29,542 bases of DNA from a virus (IMGVR_UViG_3300009512_000045:1-29542); one strand, 5' to 3'; positions 8,366 to 17,531 are shown, counted from the stretch's first letter. Numbers and translations: made by a program. The notes: generated by a model not told the origin, from the letters alone.

Positions 8366-9484
8366 ATGGGAATACCGAAGAAATTTCTTAAGAATGTGCA
8401 GTTAAAGGCCCCGTCTAATAATCACGAAAGGAGATTGGAAATATGGGAAGAGGGTTGGAACGCTAGTGGTACTTTTGTACCTAAAGGGGTTTTATATGAG
8501 GACATGGATAGAGATTTTATCAAACTCGTTAAAGAGGAGTTATCTTTCTCAGTAGAAGGAGAAGATGTACCAGTATTTTTTTTAACAATACAAAGATGGG
8601 CAGAATTTGCCAGAACTTGGGAATTTACAGACAAAGATAGGAATGTACAAATACCTTTCGTAACAATAGTTAGACAACCAGATATACAATTCGGGACAAA
8701 TCCAGTAACACAATATACAATTCCTCAGAAACAAAGATTTGATTACATGAAAGTACCAAACTATGATGGAGACTCTGTGGGTGTCGACGTTTATAAAATA
8801 CCCCAACCAATCGCAGTAAACCTAATGTATGAGGTTAGATTTTTTTCATATAGAATGAGAGAGATAAACAAATTTAATAAAATAGTAATGCAAGCTTTCC
8901 AATCTAGACAAAAACACATTAACTGTAACGGTCATTATTTTCCAATAGTCCTAGAAACAATTGGGGATGAAAGTACGATTGACCAATTTGAAAGTAAGCG
9001 ATTTTACGTACAAAACTTTGAAATGCAATTACAGGGTTATATTATGGATGAGGATGATTACGAAGTTACACCAGCAATTAAAAGAGTAGTGACCTTATTC
9101 GAAACACAACCTAATGTAGTACCTAGTCTAAACGTTACTAATAATTTAGATTCTGGGAGGGAAACAATAGAATACGAGTTAAGTTTAAGTTATATAGTTA
9201 ACGTTCCACACAACCCTATTAATCAGACACCACCAATTACAATTAATGACACCGCTTTAATAACAACAGTTACTTTAGAAAATGTTAGAGATTGTTCAAA
9301 TATTAGTACCGGATGTAGTGCTATTTCACCAATAATAGAAATTGACCCTAATACTGGTACTTGGATAACCACAACACTACCAATCCAAATTCTACCAAAG
9401 TATAAAATAAGAACGACAATAACCCCTATTGATAATACAATAGATTCAAAAGTTACATTAGTGGGGTATAGGAACGAAATCTAA
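8366..9484 (+). CDS. Tail terminator / sheath stabiliser, T4 gp15-like, with a C-terminal beta-rich extension
   Basis: ATG 8366, 1 nt after the upstream TAA, is preferred over TTG 8321. Motifs VPVFFLTIQRWAEF...IPFVTIVR...IPQPIAVNLMYEVRF...FEMQLQGYI; it precedes the sheath genes. Confidence 0.7.
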   Translation: MGIPKKFLKNVQLKAPSNNHERRLEIWEEGWNASGTFVPKGVLYEDMDRDFIKLVKEELSFSVEGEDVPVFFLTIQRWAEFARTWEFTDKDRNVQIPFVTIVRQPDIQFGTNPVTQYTIPQKQRFDYMKVPNYDGDSVGVDVYKIPQPIAVNLMYEVRFFSYRMREINKFNKIVMQAFQSRQKHINCNGHYFPIVLETIGDESTIDQFESKRFYVQNFEMQLQGYIMDEDDYEVTPAIKRVVTLFETQPNVVPSLNVTNNLDSGRETIEYELSLSYIVNVPHNPINQTPPITINDTALITTVTLENVRDCSNISTGCSAISPIIEIDPNTGTWITTTLPIQILPKYKIRTTITPIDNTIDSKVTLVGYRNEI

Positions 9485-9654
9485 TCATCGTATAAGGTAT
9501 CTTTTTTACGATGGGGTTTATTGACGCATTTTTCCTTGATTAGTCGTTCTACAAACGCGAACATTTTAAGACCATTTTTATCACAGTACTTTTTAAGTAG
9601 AGAATGGGTCACACCATCTATTTTAAGGTTTTTATCTCGTTTTAATTTTGACAT
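9481..9654 (-). CDS. Small ribbon-helix-helix (Arc/MetJ-like) DNA-binding protein, 57 aa; not in the ORF track
   Basis: My translation is MSKLKRDKNLKIDGVTHSLLKKYCDKNGLKMFAFVERLIKEKCVNKPHRKKDTLYDD. It shows a beta strand (KNLKI), helix 1, a G turn and helix 2. It fills most of the gp15-to-sheath gap and overlaps the gp15-like stop. Confidence 0.75.
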   Translation of the reverse strand: MSKLKRDKNLKIDGVTHSLLKKYCDKNGLKMFAFVERLIKEKCVNKPHRKKDTLYDD

Positions 9655-9655
9655 A

Positions 9656-9663
9656 TATAAATA
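9656..9663 (-). promoter_or_regulatory. TATTTATA motif on the minus strand (TATAAATA on plus)
   Basis: Lies 1 nt before the RHH ATG on the minus strand. Read on the plus strand it is a perfect T4 late promoter pointing at the sheath, so the orientation is ambiguous. Confidence 0.45.
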
Positions 9664-9665
9664 AG

Positions 9666-9692
9666 TATGAAAAAAGTGTGATTTTTTTCATA
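9666..9692. promoter_or_regulatory. Perfect 10-bp inverted repeat, candidate operator
   Basis: TATGAAAAAA-gtgtgat-TTTTTTCATA between the divergent RHH and sheath genes. Confidence 0.55.
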
Positions 9693-9732
9693 TTACCCCA
9701 AAAAAGCCTTCGTACTTTGATAAAAATCATAG

Positions 9733-9740
9733 TATTTATT
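9733..9740 (+). promoter_or_regulatory. Putative late-promoter motif TATTTATT for the sheath operon
   Basis: GTATTTATTA followed by an A-rich leader to ATG 9783. Confidence 0.55.
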
Positions 9741-9782
9741 ATAAAACCAAGAATAACAATAAATTAAAAAATAAAGAAACAC

Positions 9783-12599
9783 ATGGCAAATCAAGTAGTA
9801 GTATCACCAGGCGTATACACATCAGAGAAGGATCTCTCTTTTGTAGCATCCAGTGTAGGGATAACAAGATTAGGAGTAGCTGGAGAAACTCTAAAAGGCC
9901 CTGCCAATCAACCGATTTTCGTACAGGACTATAACTCATACCAAACTTATTTTGGGGGACAAGACCCATCTGTATGGGCAGTAGGTAGTTCTTTAATACC
10001 TAAATTTGAGGGAAGTTATATCGCTAGGTCGTACCTAAGTGAATCAAATAATCTTTGGATGACAAGACCTTTAGGTCTTAGTGGGTATGACGCAACCGAG
10101 GCTTTAGTTATAAATCTAGGTGAAGGAAATATGGATGCTACCCAAGCAACACAACAAACAAACGCAGCGGGTGGTGTACAATCAGATAAAAGATTCTCAG
10201 CTATGACGGCGTGTGTTCTTAGAGTAAGAAAAAAACAAGGTGTTACGTTTGCTCAACCAAATTATGCGATGCAAATATTAAGAGTGGGTACAGCACCAGG
10301 AATGACAGAGGTGGCAGATGGACAATGGGTACCTAATGGTATTAATGGAGGAAGTTCAGCTACTGGTGTTGCGAGTACAACTAACATAGCACAACCAGCT
10401 AATATGCAGAATTACACTTGGGCAACAGCCGCTGATGATTTTGTTATACAAACTATGAGAACAGGAGGTGTTATAAGAGATACGTACGTTGTTAGTTTTA
10501 ATCCAAATAGTAATAACTACATAACAAAAGTTCTAGGGACTAACCCATATTACGACTCTACAAATAATTCTGAAGCAAGAATATATGTTGAACAATTCTA
10601 CCCTAAAGCAATTGCACAATTAGGTAAAGAATGGGGTGGTACTGCAGGTAATAGTTATCTTGATGGATTACCACATATGACTTGGTATAATGTAAATTCA
10701 GGATGGAGTAACTATACAGACACGTGGCAACCAATCTCGGCGACAGACGGACCAACAACTCCATGGGTTTATTCTGAGGTTAGAGGTCTTGATGTAGAAA
10801 AATTATTTAGACTTATTCCTATTTCTGATGGTGACACTGCGAATAAAAATATTAAAGTATCGTTCCTTAATTTAGATATTGACAACAAGACTTTTGATAT
10901 AGCGATTAGAACATTTGACGATACAGACGCTAAACAATCAGTAGTCGAAAGTTTTAAGAATTGTAGTATGAACCCAGTTAGTCAAAATTATATTGGGAAA
11001 AGAATTGGTACCTTAAATGGAGAATACTCTTTGAGGTCAAGATATGTAATGGTAGAGATTGATGACAACGCACCAATAGATGCATTACCATCAGGTTATA
11101 AAGGATACCCAACTACAGATGGTCCTAATATGAGTGGAGTTACTAATTTCCAAGGGTCTACGTTTACCACATTTGAAGATTCACTACATTCACGTATCCA
11201 ACCAGATGTATATTATAACTTAAACTATGATACTGTTAATGATAATGTTAGAAAAACTTATTTAGGACTTTCCTCTAAACTAGGTTACGACCAAAATTTA
11301 TTTAACTACGCTGGGTGTGCAACCCTTAGAGGTACTGCTTGTGCAACAGCTTGGACAGGACATACATACGGTTTCCACTTAGATACAAGAGTTTCTGGAT
11401 CAACTTTCTTAGGTGATACAAACTTATCAGATGGAAAACAATGGTTCTCAGGTTCAGTTGGAACCTTCCCATTCTACGTTAATTCCGTTGATTATGTTAA
11501 CACTCCATACTATGGACCTGGATCAATTGCTTTAGCGGCATCATCACTTAATGTTTATAACCAGAAAAAATATAGAAAATTCACGGTAGCTTTTTATGGT
11601 GGTCATGATGGTTGGGATGTGAGTAGATCTAGTAGAACAAATACAGATAGTTGGAGAGAAAACCAAGCGGCAGGGTATAATTTAGGATATGGTAGTGGTA
11701 GTACAGGACCATACCTAGGAGCTTATTCCTTTAATAAAAATACTGACTGGTATGCTTACTATAACGCAATTCATAAGTTTGCTAACCCAGAAGAAGTTGA
11801 TATAAATCTTTTTGCAACACCAGGTATTGATTATACAAATAATTTAACATTGGTACAGGACACAATTGAAATGATTGAAGATGATAGATCAGACTCACTA
11901 TACATTGTTACCGCAGAAAATTATAAGGGTCAGACAGTAGATAATGCGGTAGACGCGTTAGAAGATTCGAATATTTCTAGTAACTATGTTGCTACTTACT
12001 GGCCATGGATTCAGTATAACGATGTTGAAAACAACGTAAGACTATACCTTCCATCTACTTGTGAAGTTCTAAGAAATATGGCAATTACTGATAATGTATC
12101 ATTCCCATGGTTTGCAACAGCTGGTTACAATAGAGGTATAATAAAGGCTAATAAAGTAAGAATAAACCTAACACAAGATAATAGAGATGATTTATACGAA
12201 GCAAGACTAAACCCAATTGCGACATTTACAGCAACTGGACCGGTTATTTGGGGTAATAAAACACTACAAACAGCGTTATCAGCACTTGATAGAATTAATG
12301 TTAGAAGATTACTTCTTAGAGCTAGAAAATTAGTTTCAGCAGTGGCTGTAAGACTTGTGTTTGAACAAAATGATGAAATAGTTAGACAAGAGTTCTTAAG
12401 TTTAGTAAACCCAATTCTTGAAGATATTAGAAGAGATAGAGGGTTAACAGACTTTAAGGTTGTACTTTCTAACGACCCAGAAGAAATCGATCAAAACAAG
12501 TTGACTGGTAAAATATTTATTAAACCAACTCGATCACTAGAGTTTATTGAAATAGAATTTAATATTACACCAACGGCGACAAGTTTTGACGACATATAA
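9783..12599 (+). CDS. Contractile tail sheath protein 1 (gp18-like, 938 aa)
   Basis: N-terminal SPGVYTSEKDLS...GETLKGP; C-terminal ATYWPWI, PWFATAGYNRG, LYEARLNPI, WGNKTL, RINVRRLL, FEQND, IKPTRSLEFIEIEF. Confidence 0.96.
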   Translation: MANQVVVSPGVYTSEKDLSFVASSVGITRLGVAGETLKGPANQPIFVQDYNSYQTYFGGQDPSVWAVGSSLIPKFEGSYIARSYLSESNNLWMTRPLGLSGYDATEALVINLGEGNMDATQATQQTNAAGGVQSDKRFSAMTACVLRVRKKQGVTFAQPNYAMQILRVGTAPGMTEVADGQWVPNGINGGSSATGVASTTNIAQPANMQNYTWATAADDFVIQTMRTGGVIRDTYVVSFNPNSNNYITKVLGTNPYYDSTNNSEARIYVEQFYPKAIAQLGKEWGGTAGNSYLDGLPHMTWYNVNSGWSNYTDTWQPISATDGPTTPWVYSEVRGLDVEKLFRLIPISDGDTANKNIKVSFLNLDIDNKTFDIAIRTFDDTDAKQSVVESFKNCSMNPVSQNYIGKRIGTLNGEYSLRSRYVMVEIDDNAPIDALPSGYKGYPTTDGPNMSGVTNFQGSTFTTFEDSLHSRIQPDVYYNLNYDTVNDNVRKTYLGLSSKLGYDQNLFNYAGCATLRGTACATAWTGHTYGFHLDTRVSGSTFLGDTNLSDGKQWFSGSVGTFPFYVNSVDYVNTPYYGPGSIALAASSLNVYNQKKYRKFTVAFYGGHDGWDVSRSSRTNTDSWRENQAAGYNLGYGSGSTGPYLGAYSFNKNTDWYAYYNAIHKFANPEEVDINLFATPGIDYTNNLTLVQDTIEMIEDDRSDSLYIVTAENYKGQTVDNAVDALEDSNISSNYVATYWPWIQYNDVENNVRLYLPSTCEVLRNMAITDNVSFPWFATAGYNRGIIKANKVRINLTQDNRDDLYEARLNPIATFTATGPVIWGNKTLQTALSALDRINVRRLLLRARKLVSAVAVRLVFEQNDEIVRQEFLSLVNPILEDIRRDRGLTDFKVVLSNDPEEIDQNKLTGKIFIKPTRSLEFIEIEFNITPTATSFDDI

Positions 12600-12620
12600 C
12601 GTAAATTAAAACTTTTATAA

Positions 12621-15600
12621 ATGGCAGATCAAACACCATTATCCCCAGGAGTTTATGTATCAGAAAGAGAACTAAGCTTTAACGCACCAAGTATTGGTGC
12701 AACAACATTGGCCACGGTCGGAGAAACCCTTAAGGGACCCGCTCAACAACCAATATTCATTGAAGACTATAATGAATACCAAACATATTTTGGTGGGTTA
12801 AATACCACAGTTTTTTCTGGTAGTACTAGATTAAAATACGAACAACAATATATTGCTAAACATTGGTTAGCGGAATCAAACTCTATGTGGGCAGTACGTT
12901 CATTAGGGTACTCTGGATATGATGCTGGAGCCGCTTGGAATATTTCATTAAACTACGTACCAACCACGAATAATGTGTTTAGAGCATTTGGAGGGGGTGG
13001 TACTAACGGACATTATAATGGACTAACCCAAAGAGAATTAGGAGGGACGGGTATACCATATATGGCACCAGACGGTACATTAACTGCGATGACACTATAT
13101 AAACCAACCAAATATTCTTTCCCAAATAATGCGGGGGCGACATCAATACAACCCGGTATGTTTAGTGGAGGTACATGGGGTTATGATTCTGACGGAGTAG
13201 GAACCGGGGCAGACCAATGGAAAATTAACGGTATTGCATACACCAACGCTGATGCTGCTGATATTGTTAAAACATCAGAAAAGAAACTAGGAATTATATT
13301 TTCATCAACAACATATGGAGGTGCTGGAAAATTAGTAGTTACAGGTAGTACAGGTGGACAATACTTTGACACTTCAGGATTACCTCACGTATCAGAGTTA
13401 ACAACAACCTCGTATCCTTTATGTTTACTAAGTGGTCGAACATTTCAAATTACATCAAACGCATCCTTGGGAGGGTTACAATTCCCAATTCAAGATACAA
13501 CAGGTACTGGACAACCATCAGTAGATGCCTGTGCGAGTAATGATGTGGGATTTGAGTGTACCAGACTAACAACAGGTAGTAATGCAACAACATTCCCTAC
13601 AATACAATGGAAACCAGCCATTTCAATACATGATAATGGGGCTAACACTTCTAATATACAACCAGATAATTTAATACACGCTGGTGATGGGACAAGAGAT
13701 ATTAACCCATTAGGTTATCCAGTTACTGGTTGTACGGTACAACTTAATTGGAGGGCTGGTAATTTTATTGGTTTTCATTCTGGCGGGACAACAGGTTGGA
13801 CAGCACAAACTTCAGGTACAGTATTTACTTGGTCCGCTTCTACCCAAGAAATGGTAGTTGCCACTTTAAGAAGTAGGGCGAAATACTCTGGTAATATTTA
13901 TAGTACAAATACAGCGTATAACGGAGGTGCGTGGGGAGTTACAGACTACCAATCACCATCCTTTGGTAATAAGTCCGAATGTGACGGAACAGTTATCACA
14001 TGTCCTGAAAAACCATTTAGGACTATTAACACAACAAATTATAAAGAAGATTTTTATCTATCCGGGTACACTAACGGAGCATCTGTAAATTCACAATTCC
14101 TTTATAAAGTAAGTTTAGACCCTAACTCTCAGAATTATATAAAGAACGTAATAGGTGCTAAAAAACATAACAATGCTCGTCATCTATGGTTAGAAGATAT
14201 ATATCCTAACACACTACTTAATTTAGCGTCTTCGGCAGTAACTTTCTCAAACATTAGTATAAATAAAGCACACACCAACAGGAATTACACAGAAACGTGG
14301 CAACCATTAGGTGCTTTAGAAGGACCAACAACCCCATGGATAGTATCCGAAATTATGGGTAGTACTTTACACAAGTTGTTTAGAGTTATTTTAATACCAG
14401 ACGGTAATGACGCTAATGAGTTACTAAAGATTTCTATACAAGATATCGATGTCTTTACTAAAACATTTACTCTTACTGTTAGAGAATTTGCTGACAATGA
14501 TTCATCCCAAAGAATAATAGAGGCGTATTCTAATTGTAGTATGAACCCTACAAGTCAAAACTTTATTGGTAAAAAAATAGGAACAGAAAATGGGGAATAT
14601 GCGACTAGGTCACGATATATTATGTTGGAAATTGACGATAACGCACCAATAAATGCTCTCCCAAGTGGATTCCAAGGGGTGGTTGTTAGAGGATACAGTG
14701 GGGCGACCCATAGTAACGAAGTGTACCAAGACCCACCAACACAAACAGAAATAGCAAATGATAGTGGGTGGTATGGTAACGAAGCACCTAAACCATTCTA
14801 TAATTTAGTTTATAATACAACATCTGATGATATTAAGAAAACTTACTTAGGGTGGTCATCTAAAAAAGGTATTGACCAAAATTATTTTAACTATAGAGGT
14901 CTTGAAACTTTAACAACCACAGCACCATATAAATGTGGTGCTAATGGAACATTATGGACTGGAAGAACTAAAGGATTCCACTTTGATAAAAGAGTATCCG
15001 GTTTAACAACAAGTGACGTAGTACAATACGAAGTTGGTGCTTATAGTTTTTACACGAGTGGTAGTACAGGGACATTAGTAGGTGATAGTGGGAATTATTA
15101 TAAGAATAAGGACTATTTGAAATTTACAGTTGTTCCTTATGGTGGTTTTGATGGATGGGACGAGTATAGAATAACTAGAACAAACACAGACACTTATATA
15201 GTAGGGGGGACAGACTACGGAACCTTCTGGTACAATCAAAGTTTTACAACCTCTACCTGCCAAGTGACAGATTATTACGCTTATTATGACGCAATGAGGA
15301 AGTTATCTAACCCAGAAGAAACACCAAGTAATGTATTTACAACACCAGGTATCGATTATACTAATAATTTAACCTTAGTTAATAGGGCGAAAGAAATGAT
15401 TGAAAATGAAAAAGGAGACTCTATTTACATAGTAACCTCAGATAATCCAAGAAATCAAACAGTAGCTTCAGCGGTTTCTAATCTAGAAAATGCTTCATTA
15501 AATAGTAATTATATGGCTACTTATTGGCCTTGGGTGAGGTATAATGATACCGAAAATAATGTAAGAATATACATCCCACCTACAGCTAGTGTTGTTAGAA

Positions 15601-16127
15601 ATATTGGGTTAACAGATAATGTATCATTTCCATGGTTTGCGACGGCTGGTTATACTAGAGGTAAATTGGATGTTGATAGAGCACAAACAAAGTTAAATCA
15701 GTTTAATAGGGATGATCTTTATGAAGCAAGGATAAACCCTATAGCGACATTTAATGGTATTGGTGTTATCATATGGGGAAATAAAACCTTACAAACCACA
15801 CAATCATCGTTAGATAGACTTAATGTAAGAAGACTCATGTTAAATCTTAAATCTAAAGTTAAAGAAATAGGTTTACAGTTATTATTTGAACAAAACGACG
15901 CTATAGTAAGACAACAATTTTTATCACTGGTTAACCCAGTACTAGAAGAAGTGAGAGCAAATAGAGGTTTAACAGATTTTAGAGTACAACTAAACTCAGA
16001 TGTAAACGAACTAGATACAAACTCAATGACAGGTAAAATATTTGTTAAACCAACTAGAACCCTAGAATTTATTGAGGTAGAATTTAATATAACACCATCA
16101 AGTACGTCATTTACTGATTTAACTTAA
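12621..16127 (+). CDS. Contractile tail sheath protein 2 (gp18-like, 1168 aa) with a large insertion
   Basis: Full set of sheath motifs again (SPGVYVSERELS, GETLKGP, PWFATAGYTRG, WGNKTL, RLNVRRL, VKPTRTLEFIEVEF); about 300 extra residues at roughly 12960-13850. Confidence 0.95.
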   Translation: MADQTPLSPGVYVSERELSFNAPSIGATTLATVGETLKGPAQQPIFIEDYNEYQTYFGGLNTTVFSGSTRLKYEQQYIAKHWLAESNSMWAVRSLGYSGYDAGAAWNISLNYVPTTNNVFRAFGGGGTNGHYNGLTQRELGGTGIPYMAPDGTLTAMTLYKPTKYSFPNNAGATSIQPGMFSGGTWGYDSDGVGTGADQWKINGIAYTNADAADIVKTSEKKLGIIFSSTTYGGAGKLVVTGSTGGQYFDTSGLPHVSELTTTSYPLCLLSGRTFQITSNASLGGLQFPIQDTTGTGQPSVDACASNDVGFECTRLTTGSNATTFPTIQWKPAISIHDNGANTSNIQPDNLIHAGDGTRDINPLGYPVTGCTVQLNWRAGNFIGFHSGGTTGWTAQTSGTVFTWSASTQEMVVATLRSRAKYSGNIYSTNTAYNGGAWGVTDYQSPSFGNKSECDGTVITCPEKPFRTINTTNYKEDFYLSGYTNGASVNSQFLYKVSLDPNSQNYIKNVIGAKKHNNARHLWLEDIYPNTLLNLASSAVTFSNISINKAHTNRNYTETWQPLGALEGPTTPWIVSEIMGSTLHKLFRVILIPDGNDANELLKISIQDIDVFTKTFTLTVREFADNDSSQRIIEAYSNCSMNPTSQNFIGKKIGTENGEYATRSRYIMLEIDDNAPINALPSGFQGVVVRGYSGATHSNEVYQDPPTQTEIANDSGWYGNEAPKPFYNLVYNTTSDDIKKTYLGWSSKKGIDQNYFNYRGLETLTTTAPYKCGANGTLWTGRTKGFHFDKRVSGLTTSDVVQYEVGAYSFYTSGSTGTLVGDSGNYYKNKDYLKFTVVPYGGFDGWDEYRITRTNTDTYIVGGTDYGTFWYNQSFTTSTCQVTDYYAYYDAMRKLSNPEETPSNVFTTPGIDYTNNLTLVNRAKEMIENEKGDSIYIVTSDNPRNQTVASAVSNLENASLNSNYMATYWPWVRYNDTENNVRIYIPPTASVVRNIGLTDNVSFPWFATAGYTRGKLDVDRAQTKLNQFNRDDLYEARINPIATFNGIGVIIWGNKTLQTTQSSLDRLNVRRLMLNLKSKVKEIGLQLLFEQNDAIVRQQFLSLVNPVLEEVRANRGLTDFRVQLNSDVNELDTNSMTGKIFVKPTRTLEFIEVEFNITPSSTSFTDLT

Positions 16128-16132
16128 CGACT

Positions 16133-16915
16133 ATGAGTAGAAGGTTATTACATGAAATAACAATGAGAGCTTATAGTTTCGATTGGGATGATAATATTCT
16201 TCACATGCCAACCATGATTCATATGGAAAAAAGACGTGGTAATGGGTGGGAACCAGTTAAGTTAACAACTGGAGAATACGCGGAGTTAAAAGACCACGAA
16301 GACTACCAATACCCCCAAGAGGACATTAGAAAGGCTTTTGTCGAATTTGATGACGATGAAGGGTTCCTTAGGAATGTAGAAGAAAGTTTAAGAAAAAAAG
16401 ATTTTGCCCCAAGTTTTAACGATTTTAAGGAAGCTGTGATAAAAGCAAAACCAATATCAATAATAACAGCTAGACCACAATCCCCAACCACGTTAAAAAA
16501 AGGAGTTGCAATGATAATTGATAATAATTTTAACGATGATGAAGTTAATCAAATGGTTATTAATATAGAAGATAATTATGGTTTTACTGGAGAACAAGAT
16601 GAGATAATTAATAAATATATTGAGTCAAATTACTATTATCCGGTCTCATTTAGAGACAGGTTTGCGGACATTAAAAAAGCAAAAGGTGACGCTTTAGATG
16701 ATTTTGTTAATAATGTTACTAAGTCTTTCGAAAAAATGGATAAGAAAACATATAATAAAATGAGTGTTGGTTTTAGTGATGATGATGTGGATAACGTAGA
16801 AGAAATGATAAAAAAGGTAGAAAATGAAATGGCAGGAAAATATCCTGGTGTTAAATTTTACATATATGACACCTCTGAAAAGGGTAGAAATAAATTAATA
16901 GTACATACAACTTAG
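16133..16915 (+). CDS. HAD-superfamily phosphatase/hydrolase
   Basis: Motif I YSFDWDDNI (DxD), motif II IITAR, candidate motif III Lys in KKAK, motif IV VGFSDDD..N. Confidence 0.8.
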   Translation: MSRRLLHEITMRAYSFDWDDNILHMPTMIHMEKRRGNGWEPVKLTTGEYAELKDHEDYQYPQEDIRKAFVEFDDDEGFLRNVEESLRKKDFAPSFNDFKEAVIKAKPISIITARPQSPTTLKKGVAMIIDNNFNDDEVNQMVINIEDNYGFTGEQDEIINKYIESNYYYPVSFRDRFADIKKAKGDALDDFVNNVTKSFEKMDKKTYNKMSVGFSDDDVDNVEEMIKKVENEMAGKYPGVKFYIYDTSEKGRNKLIVHTT

Positions 16916-16934
16916 ATAATTTTATATTTAGTTA

Positions 16935-16942
16935 TATTTATA
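16935..16942 (+). promoter_or_regulatory. Putative late-promoter motif TATTTATA for the tail tube
   Basis: ATATTTATAG in the intergenic gap, followed by a 7-bp hairpin (16944-16966) and an A-rich leader. Confidence 0.6.
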
Positions 16943-16984
16943 GTTGTATTCAATATAATAATACAAATTAAAAAAAAATAGAAA

Positions 16985-17473
16985 ATGGCGGACTTACTAA
17001 TGAAAATGCCGGTTCCTTACGAACCAAAAAGAAAGAATCGGTTTATAATGAAATTTCCTTCTGACTTAGGAATAGCAGAATGGATTGTATCTAGTGCATC
17101 TAGACCATCAATAACAATTAACGAAGTTGAGATTCCATTTCTTAACACTAAAACCTTCGTAGCGGGACAATTCCAATGGGAAACAATTGATGTTACCTTT
17201 AGAGATCCTATCGCACCTTCTTCATCACAAGCATTGATGGAATGGGTTAGACTACACGCTGAATCAGTAACAGGTAGAATGGGTTACGCAGCGGGATACA
17301 AAAAGAAGGTAGATTTATTCATGTTAGACCCAACAGGTGCTATTGTGGAAAATTGGGAATTAAGAGGAACTTTCTTAACTAATGTTAATTTTGGTGATTT
17401 AGATTATAGTGGTGATGATTTAGCAGATGTTTCAGCGACACTACGTTTTGATAGAGCAATCTTGAAATACTAA
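16985..17473 (+). CDS. Tail tube protein (T4 gp19-like)
   Basis: EPKRKNRF...RPSITINEVEIPFLN...AGQFQWETIDVTFRD...LMEW...YKK...LDPTG...W.L.G.F..NVNFGDLDY...ATLRFDRA; 162 aa; downstream of the sheaths. Confidence 0.93.
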   Translation: MADLLMKMPVPYEPKRKNRFIMKFPSDLGIAEWIVSSASRPSITINEVEIPFLNTKTFVAGQFQWETIDVTFRDPIAPSSSQALMEWVRLHAESVTGRMGYAAGYKKKVDLFMLDPTGAIVENWELRGTFLTNVNFGDLDYSGDDLADVSATLRFDRAILKY

Positions 17474-17502
17474 ACATTATAACATAAAATATAATTTCAA
17501 TA

Positions 17503-17531
17503 TAAGGGCCTATTTAGGTCCTTAATTGTTT
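17503..17531 (+). terminator. Probable weak intrinsic terminator or stabilising hairpin after the tube gene
   Basis: TAAGGGCCT-attt-AGGTCCTTA (one G-U pair) followed by an imperfect U tract, ATTGTTT. Confidence 0.5.

Noticed and set aside
12597-12623. Readthrough fusion of sheath 1 and sheath 2 (same frame)
   Set aside because: A second in-frame TAA lies immediately before the sheath 2 ATG.
13895-13902. TATTTATA inside sheath 2 (and TATTTATT at 12514-12521 inside sheath 1)
   Set aside because: Both are within coding sequence and expected occasionally in AT-rich DNA; 12514 is explained by K-I-F-I codons. An internal promoter cannot be supported.
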